Shown here: one piece after another, positions 47,919 through 60,596 of the stretch
Layout: each line of letters begins with the position of its first letter
How positions within the stretch are numbered: position 1 is the first letter of the stretch
DNA from: Cenococcum geophilum
Taxonomy: Eukaryota
Length of the DNA: 64,000 nucleotides
Direction of reading: 5' to 3'
Assembly (NCBI GenBank): GCA_050273025.1
Contig: CP158635.1
Location: forward strand, 1,736,001-1,800,000
Program-made: the position numbers and the translations under genes
Notes under the pieces: generated by a model
Told to the model about the DNA's origin: nothing
What the model saw: the letters and a program-made list of their open reading frames with translations, nothing else
Database searches by the model: none

Positions 47919-50875
47919 ATGGCCAAATTGTCCGCTTTCTCAGATGAGCTGCCCTCCTCAACCAGGTCCCACAGTGAAGAGTATAATGGAGAGAATAACC
48001 CTCAAGGCGAGGAACCCTGGGACCTATTCTTAGGTAGTAAATTTCATAATCCTCCAGTGGGTATCTTACTCCACAGTCCTTTAACGAGCTTGCCCTAACC
48101 CTAACCCTAGAATCTTTAGACGACAATTTATTCTCTCCTACTCCGAGCGAGAGTCCGAGCGAGAGTAAAGATTCTCAACAGGAACTTGTCTCCACACAAT
48201 TGATTCTAGAAACAAGTACGAGAGCAGCATTCTCCTCTATTCTCACACCTCTAAACAAGCTGCAGGGCTTGCAACCGCCGCCGAGTTCTCGAACCTCTTA
48301 AATTCCTCTCGTGCCATTAGCACATCACCCCCGCCCACACATACCAGCCATCGTCTTCCCATAAGAGCGGGCGAAGCTGCAGCTGCCCCCACTGCGTCTA
48401 CAGGCAAGCTAAGGCCTGTCACTCGGCCAGGCTCGAATCCTCAGAGCTCCGGTAAACTACGGAAACCTACCAAGACTCCCGAGAATCTCACAAAATATCC
48501 ACAACGGAGGCGAGATGAGTATGACCTCCCTAGCTCAAGTCAACCAACGCCACGCAAGGCCAATACTACCCGAGAGGGTAGAGATGGACAAGGCACAAGT
48601 AGGCGCGGTAAGACTGCTGGGAATGCAACCCCTGATCTAAATCGTGATGAACCGCAGCCATCGGCTTTCCCTACAGTCCGTCGGACTTCTAAGAGCACTG
48701 AACAGGATGATTTCGAGATTAGATCAAGCCCACCCTCAAGTAGCCACCGACGAAAAAGCAGTCGCCTTAGTGGAGGAAGCCCCATGACCGAGCTAGGGAC
48801 AACCGAACAGAACAAATCCGTTGAGGTGGTGGTTAAGCACAAGAAAAGGAAGTCTAACGACGACATCAAGGAAATCGAAGTCGCGCAGCGCCAACCTCCC
48901 AAACGTGGGCGACCTTCCCGTTTGGAAAAGGCTCGGGAACCTGCGAAAGCCTCCAATGGAACGAAGTCTAGCTCCAAACAAGGACCGGCCATGGAGGCTT
49001 CCAATCCTCCCAATCACCCTGCTAAACGCGGTAGACCTCGTCTCACGGATAGCAACACGCGTTCGGCAGATCCTGCTGAATACGTGCAAGATAACGATGA
49101 AAAGGCCAACAAAGCAAATCCTGCCAAGCGTGGGAGGCCTCGTGCCTTACAAAAGTCCGACATACCCGCGGCATCTTCAAGGGAGACTAGAAGCATCAGA
49201 GCCACTGCTAGCCAAGGAAGTAAATCAAATAAAGCTGTGCTTGCAACACAAACCCGAGCACAGTCAGCAAATAGAGCTCGAGAAAAAAAGGGGCTCGGGA
49301 AACAGACCAAACCTCAGGCCACACATAGTACTCGAGGAAACAGAAGGGCAGGGGAACAACTAGCCCAAGATATGGAGGAAGAGGAAGAGGGGGAAGTGGA
49401 ATCCGATGCGTCAGTGGAGGAAAGCACAGCTGGTGGCCATCAGCAACCATCCAATAATATTGCACGGCAGATACGGAGCGGACCAAGACGAGCGCAAGGC
49501 TTAAAAGGCGAAGCAAGTGGCCGCTTGAAAAGCAAGCCTTCACACCTAGTCAAAAAGATTACCAGTCAAGTATCCCACGATCCCATTGAGGATGAGGAAG
49601 AGGACGAGAGTGAGAGTCAAGATGAAGAATACGTAGAACAAATGGCAGTCCAAGATGATCAGGTTGGCCTGTCAAGCTGCAACGAGGATACGACGGAAGA
49701 GTTGTACGGACAAATGCCTACGCTACAAAAGGTGGCTAAAACCATCGAAGACCTAAAGAGCAAACACCCCTTTGCCACCAACACAGGCCAGGAAATATCT
49801 CGAGAGTGTCGAGACACCCGCGAACTCTTCGAGCCGGCTGCGACGGGCTATGGCCTAGAAACTGACGAAGGGCTCCTCAACTCCCTCGTCAACATCCATG
49901 AAATTATAAATGACCTCAAAGTGAACAGTACCAACGAAGATAAGCTTAAGCTTGTACAAGATATCTACGCCCGTACATTTCCGTCTCTCGTGCGCCTCCT
50001 CGTAAAAATCACCAGTTACTACTCTACCAAAGTCCCCGAATCCTCCAACGACGGTTACGCTCTAGACACCGACTCTCTCGCCACAGTCCTCGCGTTCATC
50101 GAACTAATCCTGTCCCTAGAAGCCAGCGTCAAAAAATGGCCCGAGAAACCAGACACTTCCCTTGCGATCGTCAGACCCATCAGGCACGGCGTCATCAGAC
50201 CACTGCGCTCCATCGCGAAAGCTTTAAGCGCCGAGCTCCGCAGCCAGGAAAAAGCCATCGCGACTAGAAGAGCCCGCGAAGCGCAGGACGAGGCGTGGAG
50301 GCAGGCGGAAGAGCAGGCGGCGCGCCGGCGCGAAGATGCCGCCAAGCTCGCGGCGCGCAAAACGCACTGGCACCTCCTGCACGTCGCGCGCATGTGCTGC
50401 GAGCCGGATGTCTACCGGCACGACCACTTGCGTATGAAAAGCCAGATTTATGACGTGGTGGATCTGGATGCCAATGGCGTGCCGTTTGAGCGCGTCACCG
50501 TGTTCAAGGACCGGGATGGGTCGAGGCGGCCGGAGCAGGGCGGAGGGATGCCGCCGGAGGGGCCGGAGTGGACGGATGAGCAGTGCTTGGCTCTTTTGGA
50601 TGGTTTGAGAATCTATCAAGGTGAGCGGCTCTTTGTCTGTTTCGTGGCAACGTGCCTTCGTGCGGAGTTGACACATACTGGTTTTGTTACCAGGCCCTCA
50701 AGTCTTCGAGAAGATCTTCAAGAGATACTGCAGACCTGGCGGTATCCTACGGCGGTATAATGTCGAGGAAATCACGCAGCAGGCCGCTTATCTTCGGAAG
50801 ATGGCCATTAAGGCCGACGAGACAAGCGGAGAGGAAACGGAACAGTGGATTCTGGATATTCCCGTACTGCGGTAA
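47919..50875 (+). CDS. Nuclear protein with three AT-hooks and a C-terminal Myb/SANT-like domain
   Basis: Inferred ATG at 47919 with introns 48061-48110 and 48216-48265 restoring frame. KRGRP x3. C-terminal WTDEQCLALLDGL..GPQVFEKIF after an intron at ~50621-50693. Confidence 0.75.
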
Positions 50876-51371
50876 ATCATATTTTGGGACGACTTGTATG
50901 CTTTCATGAGTGTCATTGCTTTACGGAACCCCGGTGGAAAGGATTTAGGTGCACAGGAATTGTTTTAGGATTGGCGAATGGTTACTGGTTTGGCTTAGGT
51001 TGAGGACATTTATGGAACGCTACGGCCTGGAGAAGGAGTTTTGTGGGTGTACATTGAGATATCCCAATCTGATCGGAGGGCATCTAATTTATCTGCCAGC
51101 TGTGTTCACCGCGTTTCTAGAGTCCAAAAATGGGTACTTTACGCACAAGTGTCCTACTTGACATGATATTGAGATTTTTGAATATCAAGGATATCATGAA
51201 AAACCGTCCGACAAGTGGAGGCCATCCGAGCCTACCACCTCACCCAGGATCGCCTATATTCCTTTTTTATCCATATGCACATCGTTCCCATCTCAGCTCG
51301 CCTGCTAACCCGAAGCCCTTTTCCCACCAGAACCTCACTCAAACCTAAAACGCCAAGCCATGCACTACGCC

Positions 51372-54262
51372 TCACACACTCTCCAACAACCCCGCCGCCA
51401 CCGTCGCGCCATCCGCCCTTAGCACGATCCTCGTGCCGAAATCCAGCGGCATCTCGCGCTCCATCTCAACCACGACTCTCGCCACCGAGCCCGGCTGCAC
51501 AATCCGCGGCCTCTTCTTCTCCACCTCCCCACTCTGCTTATTCAGCACAGCCACTAGCCTCGCAACCTTCGCTGGCGCATTCATGCGGCCCCTAAAAACA
51601 TCGACCGACATCGGAACAACGTGCTCGAAGGCCAGGATCTTAGCCTGGAAGGCCTTGACGTTCTTGATCGGGGCCGCAGGGGAGCAGATTATGTCGCCGA
51701 GGCGCAGGTGGACGGCGTCGATGTCGGCGAGGTGCAGCGTGGCGATGTGGCCCGCGACGGCCCAGTCGACGGGCTCGCCCTCGACCTCGATGCCCTTGAC
51801 GGTGGCGGTTTCGCCGGCGGGCATCGCGAGGACCGCGTCGCCGACCTGGAGAGAGCCGGCGTCCAGGCGCCCGGAGATGGAGAGCGGGTTCATGATGCCG
51901 CCTCTAAAGACGTCGGAAACGGTGAGGCGGAGGGGGAGGGAGAGGGCGCGTTTGGCGGGCTCCGAGGCGTCGAGCGCTTCGACGAGGGTGGGGCCTGTGT
52001 ACCAGTTTCCGGGTATGGTGCCTTCAGGGGGCGGCCGGATGATGTTGTCTCCAATAAGGCCAGCACAGGGGATGAAAGCCAGATTCTTGGGAGAAAATGA
52101 GGCGGCGGTTAGGAAAGCGGTCATTTGCTGGGATATCTCGTCGAATCGCGCTTGGCTCCAGGAGATAGTATCCATCTTATTAACAGCGATGACGAGCCTC
52201 TGAACTCCCATACTTCGTACCAGTAATGCATGTTCTTTCGTTTGACCCTTTAGTCCAGATTCAAAACTATTCGTCCCTGCATCTATGACAAGAACCGCAA
52301 AATCAGCCTGGCTGGCGCCGGCAATCATGTTAGGAATGAAATCCTGATGGCCTGGTGCATCCAGAATCGTAAAACGCGTTTTTTCGGTCTCAAAATAGTT
52401 TGTTGCGATATCAACAGTCACGCCACGGCTTCGCTCTTCAGATGTCTGGTCCATCACCCAGGCAAGAGCGAAGGATGACTTGCCAATGGTTTCAGCTTCT
52501 TTTCGAAGTTTGTCCACAGAACGTTGATCAATGACTTTGAGATCGTAAAGAAGACGGCCCATGAGAGTGCTTTTACCATGATCAACGTGGCCTACGTGGA
52601 ATTAGTCTACTGGACTAATTTTCCAAGGATTTGAAGCCTTACCGATAACCACAAAGCTTGCCGCTTTCTTCATGTTGGAGTTCTCGAACTCTTGCAATAC
52701 GTTGAGATTTTTGCTTTTCACCTTTGGAGTCTCTTCAACTGTCAAGGAGGAGACAGACTCAGCAAGTTTGTTGATTAATTTGTCTCCATTGGCCTGTTTT
52801 GAGTGACCTTTCTTGGGTTTGTGGCCTGTTATACATTAGATTAGGAACCATTGTCGAAATCAAGCGCGGCGCGCACCTTTCGCCTGCGCATTCGTCACAA
52901 TGTCGTCCGGGCTAGGACCTGCAAATGGATTCGCATTAGTAAACACTTTTTCATGTGCATATGGTAATGAAAACATGCTGCCCTCCGGGGATCGTGGTTG
53001 GAACTCTATATGACTAGTACCGATCATTGTAGCAGCGAATGTTGATGGAGGGGCCCGGAGATCTGGGATTTCCACAATGGTGCTAGGTTCTGATACTGGA
53101 CTGGAAGGTTCTTCTTGCCTTTGGACAGGCGGTGGGCTTGGAGATTTCTTCCTGCGAACTGGATACCTAGTTCGAGCCGATTTTGATTTCAGCAGTTCGC
53201 CTGGCCGTTCAGACAATCCAAGGATCGGCGAAGCGTTCTCCTTTGCTTTGCCTTTAATATTTAGCCGATCAAGAAGAGCGACAGCTCTATCAGGCTCCTT
53301 GTCAGGGTGTCCATCAGCGCTTGCAGGGCCCGAGGCAGCCTTTCCCTCTTCTTGTTTCTTCTTACGAGCAGCTGCGAGGGCGGCTAATTTGGAAGGTTTG
53401 GAAGAACCTCCAAGAAGTCCACCACGAGGATACAGGGATTCCACCATAATCTCTCCGCGGCGATGGATTGGCACATTCAACCAGGGTGTTTCATGGAAGA
53501 ACTTAGCCGCAGAGACCGCCACATGCTCATATGATAATTGGCGTGGAATTGGATATGGAAACACTGCGCCTGGACAGTGTTAAGACCAATCTGAGCTTAG
53601 TAGGATTCTTGAAATGCGATGTTGGCTGGCTACAAGACAAGGATACATTCCAGATCCAACTAGCACCGGAGGGCAGCATGTACATTTCTTCGAGTCTGAA
53701 ATGAGAATATTTGACTTACCCGAGGCCTTCTTTCCCTCTATTTTCGCAGCCGAGTTTGCTGCCTGATCAAATCGAGACACTTGTTTGGGTTTATTTGCTT
53801 GCGTGGCAGCTTTAGGGGCAGGAGCATGCTTGTCTAAGCCCAATTAGCTCAATGCGCTAATTGAAGTGATCGCTATCTTACTCTTTAGGTATGTAACGGA
53901 TTTGCCAACGTCGTAGTAATAATGCCATAAAGCTTCCTGTATCTCTACATCCGATACCGATATGCTAGGGTCGAGAGCTGCCTTAACTTGCACTGTGCCT
54001 TGCCGCATCTGCTCTGAGGTCCCGAGGGAAATAAGTATAAATTGTTTCAGAAGTGGTGGAGTAAACTGTGAGCTGTGGTACCTCTATCTTCGGGACCCAA
54101 CCCTGAACGCGGCGCTAATTAGCAGATGTCCTTATTTGTACTATAGTCCATGGTTAGGTACTCACCATCTCCTCCCCCTTCGTCGGAATAATCATCATCG
54201 TACAGGCCGTCCTCATCATAGTCGAGTTGTTTTACCCTCTGATGGCCGGTCTTCGGGGGCAT
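51372..54262 (-). CDS. HBS1: Hbs1-like translational GTPase (HBS1/SKI7 locus)
   Basis: N-terminal IQEALWHYYYDVGKSV; G-motifs GHVDHGKS, ERSRGVTVD, DAPGH, NKMD; EF-Tu-like domains II/III. Exons approximately 54262-54166, 54102-54082, 54013-53883, 53833-53720, 53569-52877, 52825-52643, 52591-51372. Confidence 0.95.
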
Positions 54263-55018
54263 CGTTAGCTGAGTACTGTTTTCTGCTCCGGAAAATTAGA
54301 GAATTTGTGTAGATGAGAGGAGGAGTGGCCGAGGAAAGGTTGTCGTATATGTTTGAGGGAGGTCAAAACAATAAAGGGTATATGTCCAGGGTTTAGTTGG
54401 CGTGATGTTGTCAAATCCAACAGCCACTCGAAATCAACGTCCCGAGGGCACGATTCCCCGCGCTAGTTCGTTCGTGGTCTAGTAGCCAAATCTACGTCAC
54501 AACCTTGGAGAAACAACCATCCATCCTTCACATATTCATGCTCTCCTTTGAAGACTTCATTATTGTACTCGAAACTAGTTACGCTATGCAGAACGCTGGA
54601 TTCATATTCCATAGGCAGCCTATAAAGAACGCTTAGAATCTCATTCTGGTTAACTACTCTTAAACTGCTGCCTTATAGGCTCATGTAAGCTGTGGCTCAG
54701 CAACTACGCCACATCAGGCATCCCCAATTCCAGCCTCCACCAAGTCTTTGCCACAGTAAATAATTGAGCAATGACAGTTGATCAGGCATTCAGAAGTTTA
54801 TTTGATCACGGCAGTGTTGTACTGCGCCGCAACGCCGGTCAATATATTCAGGCGCTGTCGCGTTAACACCCTGCGTAGCCGTCGACATATTCGAACCTAT
54901 ACATTACATCTGCACTTCCACTCGAAGTACACGAGTTATCATTTTCCATTATATTTTCCTTCCTACATATAATTCTTCCTTTCGCCCAAGAATAGAATTT
55001 TACTCTGCCGTCATCGTC

Positions 55019-56092
55019 ATGAGCTCAAGAAATCCAGCCATGCTTTCCGCTGAACTTAACAAGGCTCTCCTCCAGACTAAATCCAACGTCTCATATCCGC
55101 CAATCCAAATCTCAAGTCTTATATCCCTTCTCCGCTCCGAGATATACAGCTACCCCGTCTCGGAACTCAAACCAAGCGCTCGCGCTAACCACCTTCAATC
55201 CCTTATCCCAATCATACAGCATTTCTCCACCCTCCCAGACAGCATCCGTCCCATTTTCCGACTCCTAGCCGATCTAGGATACGCAATCCTCGCCGTTCGA
55301 CCCTCGCTCCCGTTCCTACCATCCCTATACTGCGCCACCTCTGTCTCCGCCACCCACCGCGCCCAAGGCGTAGATAGCGAGGAGGACATCATCCAAGCAC
55401 TCATATCCACAGACGAAGCACTGCTCGCGCTATCCATGCGATGGTGGGCATCTCGGACCCCAACCTCAACCTCCATCGAGGCCAGCGACGTCTCCGCTGC
55501 CATTAGCTCGATCGAAGCTGAGCGTCAGAAACACGGGCTGTGGCTCAACAGAGACTACTTCGCGCGCTCCTACACCTTCCTCCGCGCCGTGCAGCGGATC
55601 CAAGCAATCGAAATGATGGTGTGGAAGGTGGCCGGGGAGAAGCTGCCGCCAGAGCTGACGGACCAGATACAAAGCTACCTGAGCCCTCCTGCACTGGCGA
55701 CGCTAGCTGCCGCCAGCCAGCCCGTGCCCAGCATCCCGGACTGCGAGGACCCCGCCTGCGTCGACCAGAACTGCCCGAACAAGATGCGGCTGCAGTGGGA
55801 CGCGAAACTGCTCCGGTTCAAGCGCGTTCACGACGTCGTTCAATCGCAGGGCGGCTGGGAGTGTCATCACCAGTCCGTCACGAAAGGAGGGGAGGGCTGT
55901 AAGGGCCATTGCGGCACACTGCCTCCGTATTTCGGACCCCGTCCGATGGGGCCGTATGTAGAAGAGGCGTTTCAGGAGACCATACATACTGCGACAAGGA
56001 GACGGTATATCCCGCCGCCCCAGCGGTGCTCTATGGGCACGTATCAAAAATCAGCATGGGATGTTGCTCTGAAGGAGTATGAGCAGAACTAA
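55019..56092 (+). CDS. Hypothetical protein, 357 aa, intronless, with a Cys/His-rich C-terminus
   Basis: Long uninterrupted ORF with coding-like GC content; KLPPELTDQI motif. Confidence 0.75.
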   Translation: MSSRNPAMLSAELNKALLQTKSNVSYPPIQISSLISLLRSEIYSYPVSELKPSARANHLQSLIPIIQHFSTLPDSIRPIFRLLADLGYAILAVRPSLPFLPSLYCATSVSATHRAQGVDSEEDIIQALISTDEALLALSMRWWASRTPTSTSIEASDVSAAISSIEAERQKHGLWLNRDYFARSYTFLRAVQRIQAIEMMVWKVAGEKLPPELTDQIQSYLSPPALATLAAASQPVPSIPDCEDPACVDQNCPNKMRLQWDAKLLRFKRVHDVVQSQGGWECHHQSVTKGGEGCKGHCGTLPPYFGPRPMGPYVEEAFQETIHTATRRRYIPPPQRCSMGTYQKSAWDVALKEYEQN

Positions 56093-56557
56093 GGAGACGA
56101 AGCGAGGGGTGGGGACTTAACGCAGTGGTGTAGCATTGTGACATCGGGCACTACTATGCCGGGTTGTCGGCCCGGTGTCGATCACTACACCATATCAAGC
56201 TTAGATCGGGGGTGTCTTGATCTACTCATTTTCGTGTATTTAATGAGGCTACAGCCTCTTGCAATAGACCAGAGTTCTTATCCTTGATCGTCCTGTTCGA
56301 CACGGGTGGACGAGGTGGCTGAGAACCGTCGATACAGCCATAATGAGCAAAATGCGGACCGTCAGCCGGCAGGATGTCAGGGTGTCCATTTTAGCCTCTT
56401 GTCTTTATTCCAAGTCCTCTTTGGACCCTTTGATCATTAGGAAATTAACTACAACAGTATTCTCGTGCTCTATGGTATTCCTATCTAGACATAGCCACGT
56501 AGTTAAGTGCAAAAGCGTCAATAGCATGGTGAAACAAGGTAATTAAAAAGACAAAAC

Positions 56558-57045
56558 CATGGCTCCCGTTAATGAATGAATTTATATTCATACCACTTAT
56601 CGTATTCATATCATTAAGGCCTCCAGATATTCATTATCGCGATAATATCGCGATATTGACTTAATAAGCAATATCACCAGGCTTGGCAAGGCGTTTGAGG
56701 GAGGCGATCGTCTTTGGAGTCCTCCCAAATCGTCACCCCCCTTCTGCCCCTCCAACCAATAAGCTCATCAATAGCTCCGGCATCCACCTTAATATAAATT
56801 AATAAATTTTTGCTCGTGCGTATATTTTAGAACGATAGCCGTATTTACAATCCTTTGCGAACACTACACTACCCCTTTACAACACTACCGACTACCACCA
56901 ACGCTCTAAATCATATATATATATATATATTCATAAGCTTATGGATATACATTCATTCATAAGATTCAATATCGTATCGATGTCACTTCATAACGATAAG
57001 CATATCGCGATAAATGAATGAATAAGGTTATCGTTGGGAGCCCTG
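56558..57045. mobile_element. Probable hAT-like MITE relic
   Basis: Imperfect TIR CA(T/G)GGCTCCC / GGGAGCCCTG. Repeated ATGAATGAA and TATCGCGATA motifs at both ends. No clean TSD. Confidence 0.5.
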
Positions 57046-57049
57046 ACTA

Positions 57050-58180
57050 AGTCGTGCTATAGGATAGAGGAGTAATGAGCCATCGCGAGTGACCCGTAAC
57101 ACTTTGTATTTCAGACCCTCGTAGAAATTACACTTTAGATTATTTTGGTGAACAATGTTGTACCGTAGAGAAAACTCAGCTCTCTCAGTGAGAGCTGGGG
57201 CTGGCATGTTGTAAATTATTTGCGGAAGATTGAATGGCTCAGTATTCGGGTGTTGCGTCCAAGGTTGAAAATACCCTCGAATTTGACACTCCAACAGTGG
57301 AGTTGTCTTGGCAGACAAATAAGAATTCTTCTGCAGCACCCGCTCTCTTAGAAAAAGCCTGAAATAGAAAGACTGGGGCCACCTCGAAGAGCTCATGATA
57401 TGCACAGCTTGGCCCACCTTGATTCACTTTCCAACTAAATTAGAAAGCATATTGCCTTGATATGTGCTCGCAAACGTATCTAGGAACTGTTTGCTTCTGT
57501 TATAGTACTGAGCCAGAGTGAAAGGGGAAACAAGTGTGCTCGTTCGCGAATTGCCCGCAATTGTAAAATGCCACTGTAAACTGAAAGCGGTGGTAGGATA
57601 AGAGACAGGATAATGGCAATCATCCATGTGTAACGCTCAGCCAACGTAGGGAAAGGGAGCATTCGGTCAGCTCGCTCCTCACAGCGAGATGAAATTCACC
57701 CACATTGGCGTAGTATGCGTGGGTGTGATTCCGCATGACAGGAACCTGACATTCAGAAGAAGGTGGTGGCATGAGAGAGTTAGCGACTGGATCCGGTGGC
57801 GAGCGTGAGTGTAAACGTTTACACAATTTTCGGACTTTTTCTTTGAGCGCATTCCACCGCGATCGGTCACTAACTAAGGCGCTATTAAAGCCTTTCAGAT
57901 GTTGCAGAGACTCGAAAGCCATTTTGCGTTCCATGACGGCATGGACGAGCAAGAATTCCGGAACCAAATATTCCGGAAGAGCCTCCTCCGTTTGCTATCA
58001 CTTGGGCGGGAATATCGAGGTGCCGCACAGTCCAGGTACAGATGAGGATTGTGAAAAGAGAGCTTTGGAGAATGTCCACAGTTCCTCTGCGTGAAGAGTT
58101 TTCTTGCTAGCCGATACTAGCATTTATTGTCAGCGGTTTCACTAGTGGTATCGATTGTGGCATTCTCAGGGGCATGCTGC
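57050..58180 (-). pseudogene. Pseudogene of a fungal multi-pass membrane hypothetical protein
   Basis: RGTVDILQSSLFTILICTWTVRHLDIP and ILVPEFLL fragments lie in shifting frames with stops. Confidence 0.65.
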
Positions 58181-59267
58181 ATGGTTGGTTGGGCGTAGCA
58201 GGAGAGACAGAGAGTTATAAGAAGTAGAATAAGCCGCACAAAGCTGCTTTAAGGTTTTTAAGCCCATTTGAAATATTGGAGGTTTTTCTCACTATCTGTA
58301 AAGAGTGATTATTTTCGAAGTTAAGCTTGCAAGACCGAGATGTTGTTTGATATTATTTTCCAACTTGACGGCACACGTTGGTCAGTGTTAAAAGATGTCT
58401 ACATGGAGCCTCCTCCGCTCAAGCGCTGCCATAGAGCCTCATTATACTAGGTGAAAGCCATCCGCTTTACCTTGCAAGTTGAGACATCTGGTAAAACATC
58501 TTAGCACCTGAAATAAAGACTTTGCCCGCAAAATCGAGACACCAAATAGCCCAATAACCCACCTTTTTCTCAGCTACGGGGTGGAATGGGCAGAACGTAT
58601 CTTGAGAGTCTTATTTGAGGAGGGCGACGGTTTCAAACCGGGATCTATTTAAGTGCTTTAACTTAAGTATCCAGTAAGGCTGGTGCGTTGGGCGAGGAGA
58701 TTATATGAAAAGGCTGAAGCTAAAGTTGAAGTTGAATGACGCGGAGGCATGCAGTTGTGAAACGAGCCAACCACCAAACTTCTCCCTCGTTGACCTCTGG
58801 CGCTCTTTAATCCTGAAACGATGTAGGCAGCTGGTGTGATGTTAGGATTTTGCCTTCTCTCTCCCGTCTGGATTTTGTACAATGATGAGTGTTGAAACCA
58901 TTGCGGCGCGGTGAGCCCATCTTTCAGTTATCCCACATCCCAATGAGCAGACTCTTGAGGACCTCGAGAACGAATTAAAAACTAACGAGTAGAATTTGAT
59001 TCACCAAGGGAATGGCTTTCTTGACTGAAGGGTCCGATGCTTTGCGTGAGGGGCTTAATTGTTACCAATTACTCCAACTCACCCCTCCAACCCGGCCTGA
59101 GAGGACGCCTTGGGGCGATTTATTGTCAGCCTCATAAAAGTTACATTAAATCTCGAAAAGCGCTCTACTTAACAAACCTGTACAAATCAATCCGGAGGCA
59201 TTCAAAGCTTGTCCAAAATGATTGTGGCTTACTAAACAATTAAACGGACTGCGCCTGGTTCTTCTTA

Positions 59268-60016
59268 GGGACCGTTCGGTTGCAAATCGCCTCCATATTC
59301 ATAATCTGTCAATCCGTGCGCCTTTTAGTGTCACCCGTTTTGTAATTAGTGGCGGCTACTACCGTGGCTCATTTGAATATGTAATTGAGTCGATTGTTCG
59401 GTGAGGCTCCATATGAGGCTCCATATTTGACTTCGCATAATGCGTGATTGCCGTCAGTGAGCGATTTGAATGACCCCCATTCTGCCACCAGGCCTCTATC
59501 GCGACTCCCTACTCTGGTGTAGTAATGGAGCCTCCTCCTCGGCCAACGCCCTCTCTGCGATCGACGTTTCCTACATCTTTGCCTACCTCCCGTACGAGCC
59601 GTAGTAGAGTTACTGCGACGCCTGCGACGCCCCGAAAACAAGCTTATTACGATCACAAGGATTAAGATAATAACGTTATATAAGGCTTGCAAATGCGACT
59701 GCAGTATTACAATCGGGGCGTGTGGAGCTGCCATATTACAAGAAGTCATTACTTTAGCGCGTATGTGGGAGCTCCATATTAATATGGAATATGGAACTGG
59801 AGCTCGAAGCTCCATATTGAAATGGTGCCAAGAACCTCATTTCAACTACTGCATATAGTATAGCTTGCAAATTTGACGCGCTTACCGATATGGAGGAGCT
59901 CCATATTCAAAAGTCGTCAGATTTACCGAACGACAACCTCATATTCAGATTTGAGCTCCATTTCGGTTAAATATGGAGCCTCCATATTGAATATGGAGTT
60001 GCAACCGAACGGCCCC
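59268..60016. mobile_element. PIF/Harbinger (Tourist-like) non-autonomous element
   Basis: TIR GGGACCGTTCGGTTGCAA / TTGCAACCGAACGGCCCC. 3-bp TSD TTA on both sides. Many internal CTCCATAT/ATATGGAG repeats. Confidence 0.85.
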
Positions 60017-60596
60017 TTAATGTTCTGCGCGAATTCCAGATTTCTTCTTCCATTCTTCCTTTTTCTGTAAGGCTTCGTCAGCTCCCTTGGCAGAGGCGAA
60101 TGCCAATCCACAGAAAGTATACCGCCGCTTCGAAAGCCATTTTGCGCGTGAATACCTGTATATATTTGACGCGTAGTGGTGAGGCGGTCGTCGGTCAGCA
60201 GTGTCGGGACAATGAAATCGTGGCTGTGGCCGAACAGGGCATCCTGGATACATTTCGTACAACAGTTGCGGTATCGTCTTAAACCAGCGGTGACTTCGAG
60301 GAACTGTACTCCTGTGTCGCCAAGTGTAGTAGTAAAGCATTAATTTGTAGAAGGAAAACTGAATTGTTGGAGAATGTGTTGCAGGTCTAATCAATCAAAA
60401 AATTGGTAGGGATTTGACAATGATGTCGGTGGTCGCACGACAGCCCAGCCTACCAGCCCAAACGTCACCCTTGTCGCACAGCCACCCCGCCCTCCGCCCA
60501 AGCCGAAAAAGCTCGAGACGACGTCTCAAGAGCCGTCCTTGCCTCTATAAAATTCTCTACAAGCAATCATTAGCAGAGCTCTATACCTCCTTCAAG

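Noticed and set aside
48169..48783. Non-AUG initiation for the 205 ATG-free codons upstream of 48784
   Set aside because: Two ordinary 50-nt introns connect this frame to the ATG at 47919.
51433..52203. 256-aa plus-strand ORF
   Set aside because: Antisense shadow of the GC-rich HBS1 coding sequence.
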